A stretch of DNA of 64,000 nucleotides from Raillietiella orientalis (taxonomy: Eukaryota): NCBI GenBank assembly GCA_036172245.1, contig JAYWIR010000008.1:3100001-3164000 (forward strand). The letters run 5' to 3'. The notes below the pieces were generated by a model. It was not told where the DNA came from, did not search any database, and was given only the letters and a program-made list of their open reading frames with translations. Position numbers and translations under genes: made by a program. This document shows, in pieces, positions 46,785 to 60,420 of this stretch (positions are counted from its first letter, which is position 1; every line of letters starts with the position of its first letter).

Positions 46785-48330
46785 CACCCTCCTCTTTTGG
46801 ATTCTGGGTGTTCACGATCGATAGTCTCACATGCAAGGAGCTTTCGGGATGGATTCGTCGGGAGAGGCTCTTCCAGGGTGTTCCACATAAACACCCTGGA
46901 AGAGAAGCGGAAACAGAATGATGCCATGAATCTCATATCTCCCAGTACTGAAGTCGAACAGGTCTCATGGAGAGGACACTTGATTCTCATTTAGCATGCA
47001 GTTCCTTTTGAGAAGCTTGTCTGGTGCCACGTTGTCGGGCTTGCATCACGCCTCAAAAGCGCCATCGCATGAAAGATTCATTTAATTTCTCGAATTGGGA
47101 AGCTAAATCGCTGAATCCAGGAGAAGGCTCGAATTGAGATGATGGTCTGTTCTAAATAGGATGGAAGCTTCTCTCCAGCAAAACACCGCTGAGAGTCTTC
47201 GTGTTGAATTTACCGATTCGGGTTGTCCAGAGCGTCCTATCAAGTCAGCCCCACCTGATGTCTTTTGCTCCGTTGTGTAAAGATTCCGCCAGCACGAAGT
47301 TGAGAGTTTCAGGTGGACTTCTTGAGAGTTGAGAGTTTGGTCTCGAAACTTCATTCTTCACAAAGAAGAATTTCTCAAGAAACCTCGAAAACCAAGCCTC
47401 TTCCACAAATACCAACACCTGCTCTTTCATTGGCTCCCATCAGCACCGTTTCGTGTCCCGGGAAACGAAAGGAATTTCAATCAAGTTTCAATCATCCGGT
47501 CGAAGGTTCACTAGGGGTGCCTAAAGCAACCTCCAGGGATAACAGTGCACACTATTTTCGCCCTGCTTGCATCAAATGACGCTCATAGATTTCTCACACA
47601 CTGGAAACCGGATTCGTAACCTGCAGTTTCTCAGCGGACAGGATTGCTGTAAGGCATTTATGGAGGAGGATGGAAGGAAAGGATCCCTATTTATTAGAGA
47701 GATCAACTTTCAGAATAGTAGTGGGAACACAACCGATTACTGTATGCGGATTTTTAAGATTACCACTGCACGACATATTTAGAGGGCAGTGGAAGTGTCG
47801 TTGAAAGAGACCCATAGACCCATAGCAGCGAATTTGATGTTGAGAGAGGTGGTCGATGACCGGACGGATTATTTATTGGTCTTTTCAGAGTGGGAATGAA
47901 CGGATTCGGCAGAAAAGAGAACTTTGGATTACTCACTTGCGCTTCCTCGTCCAAAGATGGTAGGGGCAACCTGGATGGTGTCGTGAAGGGAAGTCCTGGA
48001 AAATGATGCAAGAAACGGTCAGATTCTCTGAAGCGAATGTCGGGAAGAATTGTGGTAGGTAATTCAGAGAGGCTTTCATTGTCAGAAGACTCCAGTAGAT
48101 GAAGAACTGGGAGTGGCTGTAGACAGAAATCCCACAGACAGAACGCAACGGAAGTGCTGTGTGAATCACGGACCAGGATATCCTGCCAAAACTAAAACCA
48201 GGCTCGGACCCGAGAAGTCGGAACATCAGAAGAGGATGCTGCGCTTTGGGACCCCCCAAAAACACGGAAACCCGACTGGAGAGATGTGCTTTAATAGCAG
48301 GAAATCCCGATTGCAGAACAGAAGCGGAGG
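46785..48330 (+). mobile_element. Possible LTR-retrotransposon gag/protease relics
   Basis: LLDSGCSRSIV aspartic-protease-like motif at about 46790; knuckle-like MCFNSRKS at about 48285; order atypical, very decayed. Confidence 0.3.
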
Positions 48331-48807
48331 GTTTGAACAGCAGCAGTGAACCCATCAGGTTTGTCAACGTGACCCCAGTCAGTCTGACTATGGATTGAAC
48401 AGAAAAAAGAATTCTACGATTGAGAAGAGTTCAACATGGTGACGGGTTGTCGAGTCACGTGACACGTCCATGACAAGCTGGGGATCCGAAATTCCTGCTG
48501 TTGGAGCAATGGCGATCGCCGTGGCGAAGGCAAGAAGCTTTCCTGTGTTGATGTCATGACTAGGGTCGGTTACGAACGCGGGAAAGCTTCCAGAATCATG
48601 AAGGTGGTGTTCCCTCCTCTCCATGACCCTGGAAGCTCAAGAATAGAGGGAGAGGCAACGAATCGCCATCATGAGGTGATGTGTCGATACGCTCAATATC
48701 GGATTTCGGTTTGCTGATGCCTTCTGAGATGCTCTCTCGGCAGTCAAGAACAGACAGGGGTTGTCAGACAGGTTGCCAACCCTCATTTCGAGAATTCTGG
48801 TTTGACA

Positions 48808-50010
48808 ATGGTTACGCCGGAGCGTTTATTTATATAAAAAATTAACATACAGGTCAGTGGCAAAACGCTTGGTTCTGTCACGTTACATATATAAACCAAA
48901 AGGAATCTGCCGAGAGCCAGCACGCAGGCCGGAGAGGTTCGCCTCGGCAGCAGAAGAGAGGGGGACAAACAAAACAGAAAAATAAAACAAAAAATATATT
49001 ACAAAAAATAAGAGGGTTCGGGAAGGGATCACCAGGAAATGGAGGGCGTCCTCTGCATCTTTGTAAGAATGGTGGAAAGTTCCTTGATGCTATCCTCATG
49101 AAGAGGACGGTAAAATAGATGGTGTCTTTGTCATTTTGGCCTCCTCTTGCGTTACTCCATGCATCAGCGATCCCGCGTAGGCAGCAAAGCGCTGCTGGGG
49201 ATGCAGCCGGCGTGAGGGTGTCGTTCAGGAAGAGGCGCTTCAAAATGTCTCTGGGGCTGCTCTAGGGAATACTCAGGGACGCAGCAAAGCGTTTCCACAT
49301 GGGACGGAGGGCAAAGCAATCCACGAGCAGGTGAGAGAGGAACTCTCTCTCGCCACACATGCTGCAGATGGGGGGCACACCTCCTCCCCCGGGTCCAATG
49401 ATGTCGGCGGGCGTTGCACGGGATCTCCCAATGCGACAGAAGGATCGCCGACTCCTGCCGCTTTAGGGGGAGCGTAGCACTGTTCCAGCACGCTGGGGGC
49501 CACTGTGCCTCCTCCGAAGGAATTTCCAGTAGCTCTCCTCAGAGTAGCATTTCTTTTGAAGGGACACTCGGGGTGGCAGAATCTGTCAGTTCCCGAGTTG
49601 TCCACGTATGTAAACGTTTTTTCCTGTTATTAATTCTGCAAGTCACCTCCCACTTTGCCGGAAGGTCGCTGTCTCTTGCTTCCCGTAGGGAGGACAGCAC
49701 TGGGGCGAGGGAGATGGACGACTGACTCCCAAAGCAGATTCCTGGTGTCTCCAGGATCTCCCCCAACGACTGACGAGTGCCTCTGCTGTTTCGTAGGCAG
49801 ATGCACTCTGTCTCGCTTGTGTCGTTGATTTCACCCATGCGAAAACAGACTCCTACAGCCAAGAAGCCCAAAAGGACGGAGGACGGAGATCCTCGCGGGG
49901 AGGACGGAGATCCAAGGATTTCGTTGTACCAAGGCAACCATTTGGCGAAGTTGGGAGCCAAGATGGCTCAAACTTCGCCAAAGAGAGAATTCTGGTTAAG
50001 CGGCCATCGT
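48808..50010 (-). mobile_element. LINE 3' portion
   Basis: TWTTRELTDSATPSVP, LFLNDTLTPAASPAALCCLRG; terminal AATAAACGCTCCGGCGTAACC. Confidence 0.8.
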
Positions 50011-50029
50011 TGATGTCATCGTCCTCTTT

Positions 50030-51840
50030 GCCGATTTAGCTGCAAAAATTCTCCGCAGTTTTGCAGCTGTCCTCCAGATGAGCTGTCTTTGTCGACGCGA
50101 GCACCCCGCGTGACCGAGATGGCTGCTAGCAGGTCACAGCTATGAAACTTCGACTAGTCAGCGATGGCATCCACCTCGGCCCTTATTTCGATGAAACGGT
50201 GCGACCGCAGAAAGCTTATTGTGGATGAGGACAGAGGGAAAGCGCCTGCTTCGTGCAACCAACAAACTCTGAGGACGGTTCAACACTTTTCACACGCAAG
50301 GCATCTCAGGTTAGCCCTGCATTATACGAAACGGTGCTGGGGGTGCCGGCGACCCGGCAGCGCGCTGTACTGCCTTGGTCGATGCGCGTGGGTATTTAGA
50401 ACAGCTACCGTGTCTCGCTCGCTGCAAGACAGTAAGCGAGTGACTCGTCCACCATGCTCCTTCGCTACGTGCCAACACGTGCGTCTACAGAGGCAAGCCT
50501 GCTCATGAGCTCCTCTCCCTGCTTTCCCTTGCTCATCTCTACACCTTCATCATACGCGTAGCAAGCCGAGCTCATTGTGTCTTTGTGCCTGCGGACAACT
50601 CACCAAGCAGGCAGCTGGTTTGGTAGCTACTGAGCTACAACCCAGCTGGTTTCCCCCACCGCACAGAGGGCGCAGTCGTTCCTTTCCTCTTAGTGGAAGT
50701 CTCTGAGGATTGAGGTTCCTTGACGGTTTGACAAACCACCCCCTGGAGTGCTTCCGAACCCAAGTCAACATCGCTCCTACGTCAGATCTGAACTCAGTGG
50801 TTCAGGGAAATCTTGGATTGAAAAATCAAATCTTGCGGCTTGTGATCAAACCTGCTGTCAGAAATCTTGCGGTTCTTAAAGAACAGAATCTGGAAATTAA
50901 GGTCCTTTCCAGAAATGATGTGGACGAAGGAATCGGAAGAAAAGTTGGGATCACTGAGAATGCCATCGAATGGAGGTCGAAGCTTGACCTTCCTCAGGAA
51001 TGTCCTTTAGTGCTTAGAGGAACAGGAAGCACTAAAGGACTTCCCTTCAAAGACCAACAGGGACGGTGGGGTGCGGGAGGCACTAAGGAAGTTGGGTTCT
51101 GTGGACTTCACGCGTTCGAACCCCCAGTTAGCAGCCCGAAGATCGTTGAGCCTCGTGGATGGATTGCTCTCATGAAACGGGGTTTGCTGCTTGAAGGATC
51201 AAAGAGCTGGAATATCCAAAAAGCGGAGGATGACGTCACACATGCGGTCAGGAATCGAGAAGTTCCGGAAGGACGATTCCGTTTGATGACTCCGTAGTAG
51301 GTGACTGATGACTCCACTACCCCGATGCTTCTCTTTCCGCGTTGACAAACGTCTCCTTCAGATCAGTTCTTAGGTTAGTCGCAGACTGCCTTCTCCATTC
51401 ACCGTTGCTCGGGGTAACAGCGAAAGAACCGTTTGTTTGTGACCATGTGAACCTCTTCCGTGGTTCGAAGAATATTTCTGCAGCGAAGATTTTTTTGTGA
51501 GAGGGAAATTGCTTCCGGCATCATTCAAGGCAAAGAAAGATCGGCTCCTTCCATCTTTAGAATCCATTCACCAACCTTCCAAACGCATCACCAGAGACCA
51601 GGAATCCACAAGAAGGCAGATTGGATCTCCATCAACCCCAACACCAGGCAGGAAATACATCAAAAGACGTCGGAGTCTGCCTATCAGCGCATGCACGTCT
51701 AGAAGGGCAGCTTACGGGTGTCCATGCGCTGACCGAAAGAGAGAAACCTTGGTCTGCTCAACCTGCCAAGCAGAGCTGGCAGCTTCGGGGTTGACGGACG
51801 TTTTAAGCTGTCGACCCCGACATTACAATTAATGGTAAGA
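50030..51840 (+). pseudogene. Possible further RING-region remnant with long linker
   Basis: RCWGCRR..CLGRC (finger-2-like) and LVCSTCQAELAASGLTDVL (like VVCSICP..EELTFLL) flanking an unassigned 195-aa ORF. Confidence 0.3.
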
Positions 51841-52019
51841 GATCTAGCTCGTGTCACCCCACAAGTAGTGGTCAAGAAGAAAATACGAAGCTCACCGGTG
51901 GACATCAAGATTCAGTCACTGGCAGATTGTTCCGGGTCTGCCAGTGACTGAATCTTGATGTCTGGGCTGTGGGGAGACAGCCTTCTAGTGAACTGAAGGC
52001 CACCAGGGTTTTCACCGTA

Positions 52020-52715
52020 GCCACACGGCCCGCTTTAGTGGTCGTATGACTGCGGTCTCCACTCGTGGCATTGAGCATTGCGGGTTCGAATCCTTCCCCG
52101 GGAAGAATCGACGCCGAGAAATGGGTGCGTCGTGGGTTTCGAGTCCCCCCCATCCCTGCAGGATGATGCTGGTTGGCCGATTCGGGTGCGACACTGGCGG
52201 AAGCCGAAAACCGGATGTCCAAGTTCACTGGCTGGAGATTCGGAGTCAACCTTCCGGAGTCCTTCCAGGAGTCCAGGAGTCCTTCGGGGTTCCCCTCCAG
52301 TTGTGAAGATGGGTGCCCTCTAACGCGTACCATGGATCTGGTTGATACCTTCCTCGGGGGGGTTGCCTCTCCAGAGTGCCAAAAGAGCGTTGCGCCCTAT
52401 GGGAAATGCTTTTCATAGAAATTGGGAAGCATCCATTCGGGGTTCTCTTTGGAGGAGTGAAGAAGGAGCGGCTTCCTTGCGGGTTCCCTCCAGAGAAGAA
52501 ACGAGAAACGGCCCCCGCAAACCGAGGGATCCCTCGAAAGAGAATAAGGAAGAGATTTACTTCAGGGTTCCCTACCAAGCGTGAGAGGAACGGATTCCTT
52601 CCTCCGTAGCCTTCCTGGATTCATACGATGGTCCCTCAGAGGTGACCCCCTAACTTGAACAGCTACATGCACCCTCGGTTGGCGTAGACAGCGCCAAAGA
52701 GCTTCGTGAACCCCA
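52020..52715 (+). mobile_element. tRNA-derived SINE-like repeat, copy 2
   Basis: GGTTCGAATCC at 52083-52093, second GTTTCGAGTCC, same body. Confidence 0.6.
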
Positions 52716-52794
52716 AAGAGAATGGCCCTTCAGCACTCCTTGAGAACCACAAAGAAGAAAATCCGAAAAAAAAAAAAAATGGAAGGAAAGCAGC

Positions 52795-53349
52795 GAAACA
52801 GAGAAGATACCAAAGGGATTCCCATCATCAAGCGTCATTTCGACATCGTAATCCCAGCAAGGCGGGAACTGACTTGCTGCATAACAGCAAAGAAGAAAGT
52901 ATTAGTAGCGTGGACAACTCGGGAGGTGGCGGGCGCTGCGACCCCGAGTGTCCCACCCCATCGACTCGTCCGCTGGAGAGAGCTGCTCGGCATCCCTAAG
53001 GAGGAGGTGAAGCGGCTCCCAGCGTGCTGGAGCAGTGGCGACCCCTACCCCTGAGGTAGCAGGAGTTGGCGTTGCTGGGGATGCATGGGGAAATCCTGTA
53101 CAAAGAGCGCCTTCACCACTGGACATAAGGAGCAGGGTGGACGCTCAGAGTGGGACAGGCGCAGGAAGGAGAAGATCTTCCTTATCCTCCCCTGTTTTCT
53201 CTGTTTCCTTTTCTTGTTCTTATGTTTTTCCCTTCCCTAAGCTTCCGGAGCGGACCTCGCCAGACTGCGCACCGCTTTTCGTCAGGTTCATTGCACACCA
53301 ATGTATTTTTATTGCTTTATGTAATAAATGCCCCTGCATAACCGGGTGA
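52795..53349 (+). mobile_element. Internally deleted LINE 3' portion
   Basis: Same as 44340 onward; terminal AATAAATGCCCCTGCATAACCGGGTGA. Confidence 0.8.
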
Positions 53350-54249
53350 GAGTCACCATAGGCCAAGAGTAATGTTCTCCCCGTGAGATCGCTACTGGTC
53401 TTATCAAAAAAAAAACTCGAAATCAAACAGAGGGAAGCCGAGGAACTCAGAAAGAAGATACAATAGCATCTGTCGCTCTCGGGAAATGCGCTGCAACCAT
53501 CGACCGGGTTGTCTCATGCGATAAACGTACAATCGGGAAAATTCCGAACCACCACTGTCAGAGGTGCAACTGTGGGAGTTGTGGAAGAAGACAGAAGAAA
53601 GAAGGAAAAAGAAAAAGCCCTGGTACACTCTCTACATCAGTTTTTTTCCTACCAACATCCATGTTGTCATAATGGGAAAGAGACGTTGCTGCCTACCGGT
53701 TAGTTACTGAGGTCACCTTCGATTAGGGAAGACACTTCTGCGCGGCTGAAGATGAGCGGGAGCATTTCTTGAGTCCCACATTGCTTGCTTGTGCCGCGGT
53801 TTGGGGGGCATAATGCTTTTCCCAGCCGTAAGCGAGGGAACCCCTTGACGAGGGATGCGCCACCCGGCTGCTGAAGGCCGCCATTCTCAGGATGTCAGAG
53901 GGAGCTTCCAGATAGTTCAATGAGCCCCTGACGATCAGCGAAACCTCTACTCCAGCCGTGGAGGATTGGTGCGCGGTGACTCCAGGGCGTTTGTTGAGGA
54001 CGAATGAACTCCCGAAGCAAAAGAGGGAGGAGGGGGGAAGGAATTGGGAAGGCCGCCGCCATTGGGCCGCCACCGGGAGGATGGGAAGCAAAACGACGCC
54101 AGGTGAGGACGTGTTGCCTGCTGAGTTTCACGACCCTTGACGCTCAACTAGACAGGATGGGGTTCCTCTTCGTTCGAGCGGTGCCGATCAAGTGGCTGAA
54201 AAGAACACAATCCCGGAAGATGCAGAAATCCCGAAAGATCAGAATCCTG

Positions 54250-56260
54250 AAAAATATAATTCACCATTTTTTGAGGGAGTTTCATTTATTGATGGTTAAA
54301 AAATTACAGAGAAATGAAATGCACAGCACAGAGAATCGTGAGAAAATAGCATCGAGATTACGGGAGCATTGGATGGGGGGTGGGGTGAGGGGAAAGCAGA
54401 AGGAATGAAAAAGAAAAACATGAGAGCAACAGAAAAAAAAGGAAAAGAAAATTCTACGAAATACAGAAGAAGCTACCGCTCTAACACTCGCGTTCAATTT
54501 ACTACTGGAATTCGGCCAAGTCCCGGAAGAATGGAAGTGTATCCGGCCACTTTTGATCCCGAGAGCTTCTGCCATATTAGAAGAGCTTAGCAACTAGAGG
54601 CCGATTTGCCACTGGCAACAGTGTTACAGGCTTTACACGGAAGTGCCTATCGATAGACTAAGACTACCAGGACGGACCCTGGAAAGCATGGCGGTCTGTC
54701 TCCAGCGGAGGAAATTTTTGCTCTTAGAAGAAGCTCTAGGCCAGAACATCGTTGGGCTACCAACGCGACTGGATGCCTCACGATCCAGGCATCTTGGGAT
54801 GGTCTCCGTTGACGTTACCGGTGCTTTCGTCTCGCACGTCACGACGCTAAGAACACGGGCGGAAGCTGGAGTCGGGTTGGCTTCCCTTTGAATCGCTGAA
54901 GACAAATCGTACGTCCAACAGCGGCCCACACATTTAAATGGCATCCGCTCTGACGAGACCTTTTCATCTGTGCAGAGGAGCGAAACAGGGATGTATCCCA
55001 AGTCCAGTTCCATTCATCTTAACGTTAGGGATAATGAGGGGGAGTTAAGGCGAGGATTTTCCTTCTGGCGTATGCCGATGACCCAGTCATGCTTGCGGAT
55101 TCCGAAGATGCTTTAAGAAAGAGACCGCGCCATTTTGAAGATCTAGTTGATGGGCTCATAATCTCGAAAGACACGCCCCGGCGTCTGTCCTCAATTGCTA
55201 AGCCAGAATGGCTTAGCAACCGATCCTTCCAAATGCTCCTGCCGTTTCTATTGCGGCAACGCTCCTCGAGGCTTGAGACCACTGGGCCCGACTGTCAGCA
55301 GTCAGCAGTGGTTCAGCTTCCAGCACCAATATAGCAGAGGCCCATAAGTATCTAGGAAGACCATCTGGGAGTGACATATCCAAGACTCATCCTCCTGAGG
55401 AAGAAATTCTTGCCAGAGCTGAACGCATCCTTAATTGTGGTCTTTCAGTATGGCAAAAAAATGCATGCGGTGGAAATCTCCTTTTGTTCCAGTCTCGTAC
55501 ACTACGAGAGACTGGGAACGTATAAGAAAAAGGATTGGAAATACGTGAACAAGGAAATAAGAAGGATGCTCAGGACACTGCTGCACCTTCCGTCCAGGGC
55601 ACACCATGAATTTCTTTGTGCAGTGAGAAAGCAGGACTCATGAAGCTGTTAGATGAGGCTGACACTTTCATCACGGATATCTATTTTAAGTTATCGTCCT
55701 AGGAAAGCAAAAAATAAGGGGAATTAGGCATATGAAAAAGTGTATGAAAGGGACGGATTGCGGGCAACGGCACGGAAATGGTCCATAAGATGTGGCCGAC
55801 TTTCACGATCATTGACTCTGTTTTAATTCTTGGGTCGTGATCACTATGCAGCGTCACAATCCAGAAAACCGCAATTCTCATTGAAAAAAACCCAAGAGGG
55901 ATAGAAAGTTGAATTGGTAATTGGTGGGTGTTCTGGCTGGTTCTAGAGATCGTTCTTTGCTTGGTAATGTCTTGGAGTTCTTTTCCAGTTGTTTTTGAAG
56001 GACCAGCCAAGGGTGCGCACATATGGAGAGTTGAATCCCTTACACATACATTCTCCGGTGCTTGAGCGCACCCTTCCTGGCAAAGGGAGCTCACCAATCG
56101 GGACAGGAAGTACTGCATCAGACAGGCACTTCCCATGCGCCCCACCTCGGAAGTGACGCATGCGTACAACTCTGTGGAAGATGTTTGTGGGATTACGCCT
56201 CGGAGCAACCGAATGAGAGAAGATGTTTGTGGAACTGTTTTCTCGCAGAAAGGCTGTGAT
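54250..56260 (+). mobile_element. Decayed R2/NeSL-like non-LTR RT region
   Basis: VDVTGAFVSH, KQG, LLAYADDPVMLADS, YKYLG, KEIRRMLRTLLHLP. Confidence 0.7.
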
Positions 56261-56399
56261 AAGTGAGCTGTACGAGGCTGCCCGGTGGTGAAAGAGAGGG
56301 AAATTTTCTATTGATGTTTATCGTTTTTTATGATTCTTTGTGTGTGTTTTTACCATTTCCAACACTCAATAAATGAAACTTGCTGAATAAATGATGAAT

Positions 56400-56497
56400 T
56401 TTGTCCGTAAATCTTTCCGGATTGTGATTCTGGGCATCCCAACATTCAGGATTATGGAATTCGGGATTGTATCTTTCGGGATTATGAACCAAACCCC
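56400..56497. repeat. TTCGGGATT repeat cluster, likely Mutator-like TIR remnant
   Basis: Four TTC(C/A/G)GGATT units ending ATGAACCAAACCC. Confidence 0.4.
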
Positions 56498-57929
56498 TGT
56501 CCGGATATTAATGTCAGGGACCCTGGCATCACCAGATCTGTTAAACCACGAAATCCCATGGGAACTCGGCATTGCTTGTTCAAGGTCAGTCTGAATAAGA
56601 TGAACGGTGGCTCTTTGGAATAAACGGAAAAACCGGAACATGTATCGTCTGGATCACCAGCCGGATGAAGGATCTGGACAGCAACGGCATGCACTGCAGG
56701 AAGCAGTTTACAATGTATACGGAGGCTGCAAATTAATTGCATAGGTGACACCGTGCCAGGAAGGAAGAGAAAAAAATACCCGTGCCGGAGTGCGTAAAGA
56801 ACCTGAACGAGCTCGAGTGAGTTTCTCCTGGCACAGTAATACTCGACTCGCCTATGAATTCGATCAGCCACAAGGTGAAGGCTTCGTTACTATGAATGGT
56901 ACTGAGTGGACAGATGTCGGAGATGCGAACCCCGAAGAGCCAACCCCGAAGCGTTCCCGTAGCAACGTGCCCCAAACCTCAATGAAATTGAGATAGCGTT
57001 GAGTCCAAGAGCGAGGAGGAATCACAGATCCACCTCTTGCACTCCTGCATCATCTTTGAGAAGGGACTTCTTCCCAGATGATGCGCAGGGAACATCACCC
57101 CTGGTCTACGGATTTCTCGCACTCAGATTTCGGCTGCCTCTGCACATCTGTGCCTTGAAATCCGTAGCTCTCCGGAAAACCTCCATTAGTTTCCTTCCAA
57201 CGGTGAGGTGGTCTGCCTCAAAGGGAGGCCAAGTGGTTGCATCCTGCAGCGGATGCTCGAAACGTAGGCATCCCAGTCCCTCACAACCGACGGCAAGCGT
57301 TCGAGAAGACATCGGAGCTGGGAACGCAGCCTGGACGGAAAGGTGGTCATCTGAACTGCATCTGTCTCTCGAAATGGGGCTACATTCTTTCAGACGGAGC
57401 CTGGAGCTCCAGTCTCCATTAAAGTCATTCCTTTGGAGAGCATGTGTCCGAAACGGTCTGCTTAGGGAAGAAAGAGGAACACCATAACTGGTTATGGTAG
57501 TCTGTTCATTTTGAGGTTTCCATGATTCAAATTTCCAGTTCGGACTATTCTGTTCCACCCTCTATGGGAACAAGCAATTCCACCTGGATGGCGGGCTCAC
57601 TCTTCCAGTCAACAAAATGAACCTAAGAGTATGCGCATGCAGGTTGCGCCCGCAGCGGAGTGTACCGCGCTCCCTTCGACTCACTTAATCAGGAAGTTCT
57701 TTGCCATGAAATCGGCTGATCCCACCCTCTATTTATTTATATAGTTATTGGATCTCCCTCCCTAATTATGGACTCGTGAAGTTTGGATTCTTCCGTTTCT
57801 CGTCAGCGGATGACTAGCCCTTTCCTTCTTCAGAATTCGGTCCATGCTCCGTGTAAACGCGACCCGGAACACTCCGGATGGCATTCCTTCTCCTTGATCT
57901 CTTTTCCTTGGTCAGTCCTCATTGAAAAT

Positions 57930-58780
57930 TCTTCTCCAAGCCTCTGTGCGCAACTTTTGGCCTCAAGCGTTTAAGAGATTTAGATGAGATTTGAGAAGAG
58001 CGGGAAAAAAAAGAAAGGCTGATGATCAGTCGGAAGAGCACCTGCAGGTGTGACACTGCGGTGCTCTTGGCTACAAAGGGTCTTCCAAGGATGGAGGTGT
58101 CTCGTCTCACCCAAACAGCAGGGAAGGACAGCCACTGCGAGCAGACGCGATGGTTCCTCGACAGTGCATGGGGGATTTCGCAGCATTCCTTGATCACTGA
58201 ATCCCCTGTGGCTCTTGCTTCACTTTAGTCCGCTGATGATCCTTTCGACGCTCCTACCCACCCGCAAGGCTTGGGCGCCGCGAGTAGCTGATGGAACTTT
58301 CAGAGAGAAACCCCGAAGAGGATTCTGGTGGTGATCATGCCGATGGGAAGGGTGAGCTGACCGATGGCGGTCGCCACGGAACTAAGGGAACCTACACTGC
58401 TCCCTAGGCACTGTTTTGTTTCTTTCGAGCACGACTGACTGCTTACTCTATAAGGCACTGCTGCCTGAAGCCAGATGGAGGAAGATGGAGGACATGGAGC
58501 AATCGCCCGGAGCGGCTGCAAATCTGCTGAACAATGGTCTCGCTATTCCCACACAAAAACAAAATACCCCCGGGTACCTGCAGCAAATACTCCATGTAAT
58601 TTTAGCTGAACATACGCACCATGTATATGTACGCCTTCTCAGTACAGCGAATGAACAGGCTGTACATTTCCAGGCGTACGTTTCTTTCAGCCGAGTTACG
58701 AATTTACGTTCGCGGAAAGTCGACCTCAAGCTCAGGAGCAAGCTCTGAGCCTCCGCTGCTTCCGATGTAACCACCACGCA
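57930..58780 (-). mobile_element. Old LINE ORF2 C-terminus followed by RING remnants
   Basis: CSAKITWSICCRYPGV (~CFALQPSWESCAAILGT); then ECCEIPHALSRNHRVCSQWL, QCHTCR, LLKSHL, SCAQ. Confidence 0.6.
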
Positions 58781-58852
58781 GCTCGTAGAGAGATCGGGAC
58801 ACGCTCTGTCCGCAACCAGCCAGACACGAATCCAGGAAGGGGCAGCGTATTA

Positions 58853-60420
58853 CCACTCATGCGCGCCGGGATGTTTATTTCATATAAACAAATAAGCATC
58901 TACAGTCCCTGTGGTTGGACTGGTTATCCATCCAACCACGTCCTTTTCAGATCAAACCTGCCGCGTGACCAGCGCGCAGACAGGTGAGGTTCATCACGGC
59001 AGCAGAGGAGAGGGAACAAACAGAAAGAAAAAGAAACAAAAAATAAATGAATAAATTTGGGAGGTTGTGGGAAGGGATCACGTCCTGTTGGGGACGGTCC
59101 TCTTCATCCTTTCGAGGATGCCAGCAAGCTCTTGCTGGATGTTGTTTTCCAGTTGGGACCATCTCGTTGCCATCCTCATGCAGCGGACGGCGAAGTGGGC
59201 TCTTTGCTCGCGTCGGAGGCCATGTGGTCGCAGTCTCCGTGCGTGGCACCAGGCGTTGCGGATTCGAATACTCGAAAAGAATCGACGCCGTGAATGGGGG
59301 GTGCGTTGTGAGTTCGAATTCCTCCAGCAAGATGACGCTGATTTACATCTATACGGGTGCGGCGCCGGTAGCGGTTAAAAGCGAATGTCCCCGATAAGTG
59401 GCTGGGATTGGGAGTCGACCCTCTGGGGTCCTTCCAGGAATCAAAGAGCTCTCGGGAGCTCCCCTCCGGTTGCACAAAGGAGCGGAATCCCCCTTCGAGT
59501 TGACCGACCCTCTCTTACCATGAAGCTGGTGTATTGATGGTGTTTCTCCAGTGCTGAAAGAAGCGCGCTCCGCTCCCTTCGGGTAGCGCCCTTCTGAGAA
59601 ATTTCGGAAGAGTCCTTTCGGAGTTCTCTTCAGAGTAAACAGGAGCGGTTCCCTTGAGGGTTCCCTCCGTAGGATAAAAATGGAGCAGACGCTTTCGGGG
59701 GTTCCTCCAGAGAGAATAAGGAAGGAGATTCCTTCCGGGGGTTCCCTTCGGAGACAGCGAGGATGGCGGATGATCGGGGATCCTTCCCCAAGCATGAGAG
59801 AAACGGACTCCCTTCTCCGGATCTCTTCCTGGATTAATAGAGTGGTCCCCTTCTGAGATACCCCTCATCTTGAAGAATTACACGGAACTTCGGGTGGCGT
59901 GTAACAGTGTTAAAGAGCTGAGTGAGCCGCCAGGCGCGAGTCGGTTCTTGAAGTACTTAGCGAAGTGGATGGCATCCCTCTCTCTCGGTCCCCCTCTTTC
60001 GTGGCTCCAGGCAGCTACAATCCCGCCTAGGCAGCAGAAAGCTGCCAGCGAGTCTGCTAGCCGAAGGGCATTGAGAACGAGGAGGGGTTTCAGATCGTCC
60101 CTGGAGTTGCCGCTGGGGGTTTCCAGGATCGCGGCACAGCGTTCTAAGAGAGGCCGGAGGGCAAAACAATTTAAGAGCAGGTGAGGGAGGGATTCGCGCT
60201 TCCCGCACCGTTTGGGTCCATATCCGTGTCCAGTGATGTCGGCGGGCGTTGCCCGGGAAACCCCAGTGCAGCAGCTTCAACTCCCGCCACTTTAATGGGA
60301 GGGTGTGTCTGTCCAAAAGCACTGGGGGCCACTGTAGATATTCCACCTGAATATCTAGTAGCTCGCCCCGGCGCAAAATTCCTCGAGGTGGGCACTTGGG
60401 ATCGCAGCATCTGTGAGCTG
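58853..60420 (-). mobile_element. LINE 3' portion split by a SINE insertion
   Basis: LPLKWRELKLLHWGFPGNARRHHW; sequence is contiguous across 59199-59959; terminal motif at about 58853-58880. Confidence 0.8.
59199..59959 (+). mobile_element. tRNA-derived SINE-like repeat, copy 3, with 9-bp TSD
   Basis: GCGAAGTGG at 59190-59198 and 59960-59968; B-box-like GATTCGAATAC and GAGTTCGAATTCC. Confidence 0.7.

Noticed and set aside
58620..58680. WKCTACS..CVC as a RanBP2 zinc finger
   Set aside because: Spacing is wrong; it aligns better with the LINE ORF2 zinc finger.
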